A stretch of DNA of 63,045 nt, filler included. It is 15 parts of 15 records of this genome, joined end to end, with 100 filler letters (N's around TTAATTAATTAA, not from the genome) between each part and the next. Parts side by side here need not be neighbours in the genome. Positions count along the whole stretch, not along the records: positions 57,924 to 60,093 come from SRR9188676_3113; positions 60,194 to 63,045 come from SRR9188676_3146; 13 more parts are not named here. One strand, given 5' to 3'. Each line of letters begins with the position of its first letter. Position 1 is the first letter of the stretch. This document shows positions 58,695 to 63,045 of this stretch, piece after piece. Below the pieces are notes generated by a model. It was given only the letters and a program-made list of their open reading frames with translations, was not told the DNA's origin and did no database searches. The translations under genes were made by a program, and so were the position numbers.

Positions 58695-59354
58695 TCTGGG
58701 TCTTGAGAGCAGCAATGTTCTGGTCGGCATCCTTGATTTGCTTCTCCAATGCAGCGCGCTGTTCGTTAGAAGACCCTTGAAGGTCCAAAAGCCTGCATAG
58801 GAAAAATAAAATAAAAATAGAGTACAATACACGGTAACAAGTGATGAGTGACCAATAGATCATTGGAAAGACAGAGAAACCGAGAAGTGTGATCCATGCT
58901 ATCCTCATGGACTCTTAATCCACGTTGTTCATCGTGAAAATGGATCCATATTGTGACTGTTAAGGGGCAGTCAAACATTCCATCACACAAGGAAGGGAGG
59001 GGGCTAAAATATCAATATAGCGACCGGGGGGGGGGGGGTTGAAAATCTTCAAATTTCTGCTCAAGTGATTGACTAGATGAATCATGTCAGGGTCTGCCTT
59101 GAGTCTAGCATCACGCTTGTGGACAAGTTGATAAAACAAAAAAGAAAAACACACATACCCCTACCCTACCCTATCCTACCCTACCTGACCCTACCCTCTC
59201 CATCAGGGAGAGACTACCCACACACCCATGCCCCCCAGATACACACACACACATACACAAACACTTACGCAGCCTGAGCGACGCGAGCACGTGTCTCGGC
59301 ATCACGGAGAGCCTGGTCTGCCTTGAATCGAGCATCACGCTCGCGATCAAGTTG
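58675..59354 (-). CDS. Two exons of a nucleoporin Tpr/Mlp1/NUA-like coiled-coil protein
   Basis: Exons 59269-59354 and 58675-58792 splice in phase to QLDRERDARFKADQALRDAETRARVAQAALLDLQGSSNEQRAALEKQIKDADQNIAALKTQNDILHKQ, resembling the TPR_MLP 'S..E....LE.E......L..QN.LLH.Q' motif. Confidence 0.6.
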
Positions 59355-60248
59355 CTGCACATAGAGATACACACATGAGTTCATCGAGATGGACAGGGAT
59401 GAGTTCGGAGAGATGGCATAGAGCTCAGAGATTGCGCTTGTCAAGTGGTCGCCTTTCCCTTTTGCTCAACTGAGACATCTTGTTTTACAGACCTCAAGCA
59501 AATCAATGCCACTCAGGTTGAGATAAAAATCAATTCACAGTAGGGGAAAGAGGGAAAGGTTAAACAATATTTCCAGGGGGTCTGGGTAAAAATATATATC
59601 CGAGTTTGCAAAAGGCTATTCAGCTACGATTGTATTCACAATACAACAGCTCTCCTCCTTACTACCTTATTGGCGATGGCCGGGCGGAGCACTGGGGCTA
59701 GGGGGAATAATACAAAAGGTTGCTTTTGTCCTTTTGCCCCTTTGACCTTGTGTTATGATCGGGGTCTCATGCGATGCGTAGGCCCTGGATGGTCTGGATG
59801 CAGATCGATAATAGTCTGAACATCGTACGTGAGATCTCGCATAGTTATGCCCTAGGCCTAGAATTAATACTTCTTTTGTATAGTTTAATGTGGATAGGAT
59901 ATCCAGATTCTATATGAATGCTTCTTGTTCTATTTGCCCAAACGTGAATATGTCAGAAAATCTTACCTGACCTTCATATTTGATCCCTCTCTTGTTCCGA
60001 CCTTGGTCTATGTGTATAGTAGAGCTCCATACCTCGACAGTTTGAGCATGGTTGGTCAACTACCGTGAGGGTGAGAGTGAGAGTGAGGGTGAGNNNNNNN
60101 NNNNNNNNNNNNNNNNNNNNNNNNNNNNNNNNNNNNNTTAATTAATTAANNNNNNNNNNNNNNNNNNNNNNNNNNNNNNNNNNNNNNNNNNNNGCTGCAC
60201 ATGTCGCGCCATGACGTGGCATAGCTGTGTTGCCACCGTCGCGCCGGT

Positions 60249-61206
60249 ATGTGGCACCAGCTCATCCCGTGCAACCTTTCGAGAATTTGCCATCCATGTG
60301 GGCGCTGTGAATTCTACTGCGACGAAGAAAACTGTTCAGGCGACTTGGGCGAAATGGTCTACCATGTGGCCGAGGATGGGAGCTGTTCCCTGACCATCCT
60401 CGACAAGCTCGCCGGACGCATCCTGAATGTGTCATCAGAAGGTCACCATCTGGCGTTCGAGCTGCAAAGGAAAGAATCCAAGGAGCTCTTGATCTATATT
60501 ACAGCGACTAGTCTGCTCCAGTTGGAGTGTGCTGTACCTGCTCTGCAAGCAGCGTTGAGAGGACAGGGAGATGTCACCAACCTCAATGCATCATCTCTCG
60601 CAGGCATGCTAATGACATTCCTCGCTGATCCGGAGCTGCTCAATCTCTCTACAGTGAAGAAGCCTGGTATGAAAAAATATGGGGTTCTCATTTTTCTCGA
60701 TATCTCTCTGCGCGATGATCACACTTTGATCTTAAATATTTTCTTTTTTCGATCCATATATTTATAGATTTCCAAGATACATTTCTGAACCCCAAACATA
60801 TTATCCCTTTCTCGTTCAAGTCAATGAGAAGCTGGAAACAGCTTTCAAAAAGACTTTTGCGAGAACGAGAGATTTCAAATGCGTTCGCAAGCACCTGACA
60901 TTGGCAATGGAACCTGTTGGGAGTCCACAATTTATTTTGATTTCCTTGACACAGCTGGTGGATACATGAAGTGATGTGATGGGAAAAAATAGCAAAAACA
61001 TTAGCTACTTCGATGCTGAGTACGGCTTGGGCTTGGTCGCTGTCGGGTATAATGAGAACCAACATTGGTGGTGCGAATATCAAACCACTGACAATATATT
61101 TAAATATTGCGATATTGATGGGGTTGCAATTCCGAAAACTAAATGGGATGATTCCAACCATGCTTGCCATGCTCGACTATTTCTATTTGAGAACAGAAGA
61201 CTGTAG
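60249..61206 (+). pseudogene. Disrupted eukaryotic ORF; C-terminus weakly like a USP-type protease His box
   Basis: After an intron the frame reads PQFILISL...*...YGLGLVAVGYNENQHWWCEY...KYCDIDG...ARLFLFE, with an internal TGA and an apparent frameshift. Confidence 0.3.
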
Positions 61207-62199
61207 AAATATGAGATGTCTGATGAGCCTTCCTCGATCATTTTTTTTATCGACACCATTTTATTAAACATTTTAATCTTTCGCTTTATTGTCTAATCGA
61301 ACATTTATTCATATTTGACAGATATAATATCTGCTAATAAATAAAAGTGGAACATCAAAAGAGCAAAAAATAATAAACAGTGATGAATGTTAATAAATAA
61401 AATGAGGTCATACTTTTACCCAAATCATTGCATTATCTACTGCTCAACTACAGAGACATATCGAGAGGAGTTCGAGAATGGTATTGTCGTGTGGAGAATG
61501 CCACAAGGGTGAGGAAGAAAAAACAGGTCCACACAAGTGCTAGGAGCAACAATCTCACAGGCTGCGCTTCATCTGTAAGAATAAACAGTACAGATGTGAC
61601 GCCAAATAATGCAGGTGTGGATTGGCTACAACAAAATGAGAGGCTCGAGAGGCCGAATAGTGATAGCGGCTACAGAGAATAAGTTGGTCAAGTTCAATGG
61701 CCAGTAGAAATTTATCGAAGTTAAAAAAAATGGAGATAAATGTTAAATAAATATAAACAAAAAAGCTTCCACAAACAATGAAAACCGTCTGTGAGAATGG
61801 AGGAGTGAAAATAAACCTCTGCATCCTGCATCTCCGTGCGTGACGTTTTCTCAGTCGCGGGGGAGACACCACATATTTTACAGCGCGCGTGGTTTGGCGC
61901 GCAGGGTGGGGGTGTGAAAATGTTTCTTGATGAGCAGCCACTGTGATCTCCGAGCTCTGATCTCATTACTGTTCGAGAGGACTTACTGGAAAAAAGAAAA
62001 ATCACACACAGGAAAAAGAGAGGGAAATACTGTCAGTGAAAAAATACTTTAACAGAGAGAGATACTATGTCGAGGATTCGAGAGAATTCAAAATATTTAG
62101 ATCCGAACACATTATTTAATTGCTTAAATCGTCTCTTCTTTGTTTCTATTCTTGTGTCTATCCAGTCTTCGCTACTGGTCCATCTGGGGATCAGCAAGC

Positions 62200-62400
62200 C
62201 AGAGAATTTTCCGGTGATTGATGCCTTGCTGAGGACAATATTCCGCAATCATGGAAGAGAGAGAGAGAGAGATATCGATACCCGCCTCTCGTTCAAGATT
62301 TTGCATTGCTATTGTACATTATGGGAGGACCAAGCACCTATGAATTACTCCAACGAAACCTGTATTGCGCATTACCTTCAGTTGATACAGGTCGAAAGCG
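62200..62400 (+). mobile_element. P-element/THAP9-like transposase N-terminal relic, frameshifted at an (AG)n run
   Basis: DALLRTIFRNHGRERE / RYRYPPLVQDFALLLYIMGGPSTYELLQRNLYCALPSVDT resembles the P-transposase 'RY....FAL.L...AY..LR...LP..T' segment. Deleting one AG fuses ORFs 62067 and 62306. Confidence 0.5.
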
Positions 62401-63045
62401 GGGGATCTCTCTGGGACAAATCGTCGCCCTCCGCTTTAGCTATAAGAACGGCAAGGAAACTACGAAGCCCGACCACTACGAGCTCGGACAAATCATTTCA
62501 TTTCGAAAACAGTTGAAAAGCAAAGAGAAAGAGATCACCCTACCAAAGCGATTCATTTGCGAGGATGAGCTAGGCGACTTCGAGGTTATGTTTCAGTGGT
62601 TTAGCAGAAAACAACATCCCACTAGCATCGGGGCATATATTTACACTGCGTCTACATATGACTCTCCCATTAATGCCTTGTTAGAACATGGCTTCTATCC
62701 AGCGAGATCGTACTAAGCTACGATCCCCCGTCCGCATCTGCGAATCATCGGTCATCCCAACTCATTCGAAGCATTTACACTCAGTGTCGAAATGCAACAG
62801 ACATTAGATGAGGCATTCCAATCAGAACATACCTCGAGTTCATCATCTTCAACAAGAGCCGAAACTCCCGCGCAGACCTCAAGTGGGAGGATTTCGAAAA
62901 AGACCGAAGCATTCGACAGCTGGCAAAGTAGTGTGAACTCCAGGAAAAGAAAATAAGTCGTTAGTTCATCTACCAGACACAAAATAGAGACAGATGCTTC
63001 ACAGCGTCAGAATAAAAATAAATAAGTTCATCATGGGTATAATGA

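Noticed and set aside
59158..59197. (CCCTA)n run, plus (GTGAGR)n at 60065-60093, as telomeres
   Set aside because: Short, degenerate simple repeats; the first is intronic.
60967..60969. In-frame TGA as evidence of stop-codon reassignment or selenocysteine
   Set aside because: Single case in an already frameshifted ORF; the 2.9-kb ankyrin exon and other exons read through under the standard code.

Overview
This window is not one locus. It is 15 short contigs joined by 14 artificial 100-nt linkers (N-run + TTAATTAATTAA + N-run). Three contigs (3179-11837, 35003-42859, 52346-57823) are AT-rich, intron-free and bacterial. A PorP/SprF gene, bshC and TAnnTTTG promoter elements point to Bacteroidota, probably Cytophagales. 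They carry a FIST sensor plus histidine kinase, rhaT with a GntR regulator, an AraC-linked sugar isomerase/oxidoreductase pair, a TerC protein, an M20 amidohydrolase, a non-phosphorylative L-fucose-type catabolic cluster, an orphan nuoA, DedA and DUF192. The other twelve contigs are eukaryotic with GT-AG introns, probably from a flagellated protist. Manual splicing recovers fragments of an EGF-repeat protein, CLK/LAMMER kinase, inositol 5-phosphatase, AGMO, a 1029-aa ankyrin protein, P2X-like channel exons, a NEK kinase, an Unkempt-like CCCH protein, a nucleoside hydrolase, MAT1, a TRPV-like ankyrin region, Tpr/Mlp and a P-element/THAP9-like relic. No complete novel system can be demonstrated from sequence alone. 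The best unexplained signals are: (1) a perfectly phased, apparently non-coding array of 22 x 21-bp units (36012-36473) between two divergent bacterial genes; (2) heptamer-built fold-back elements in bacterial intergenic regions; (3) P2X-like exons lying out of homology order around an ankyrin gene; (4) an uncharacterised Cys-rich domain alternating with EGF repeats. Protein family calls are from motif recognition by eye, not database searches.
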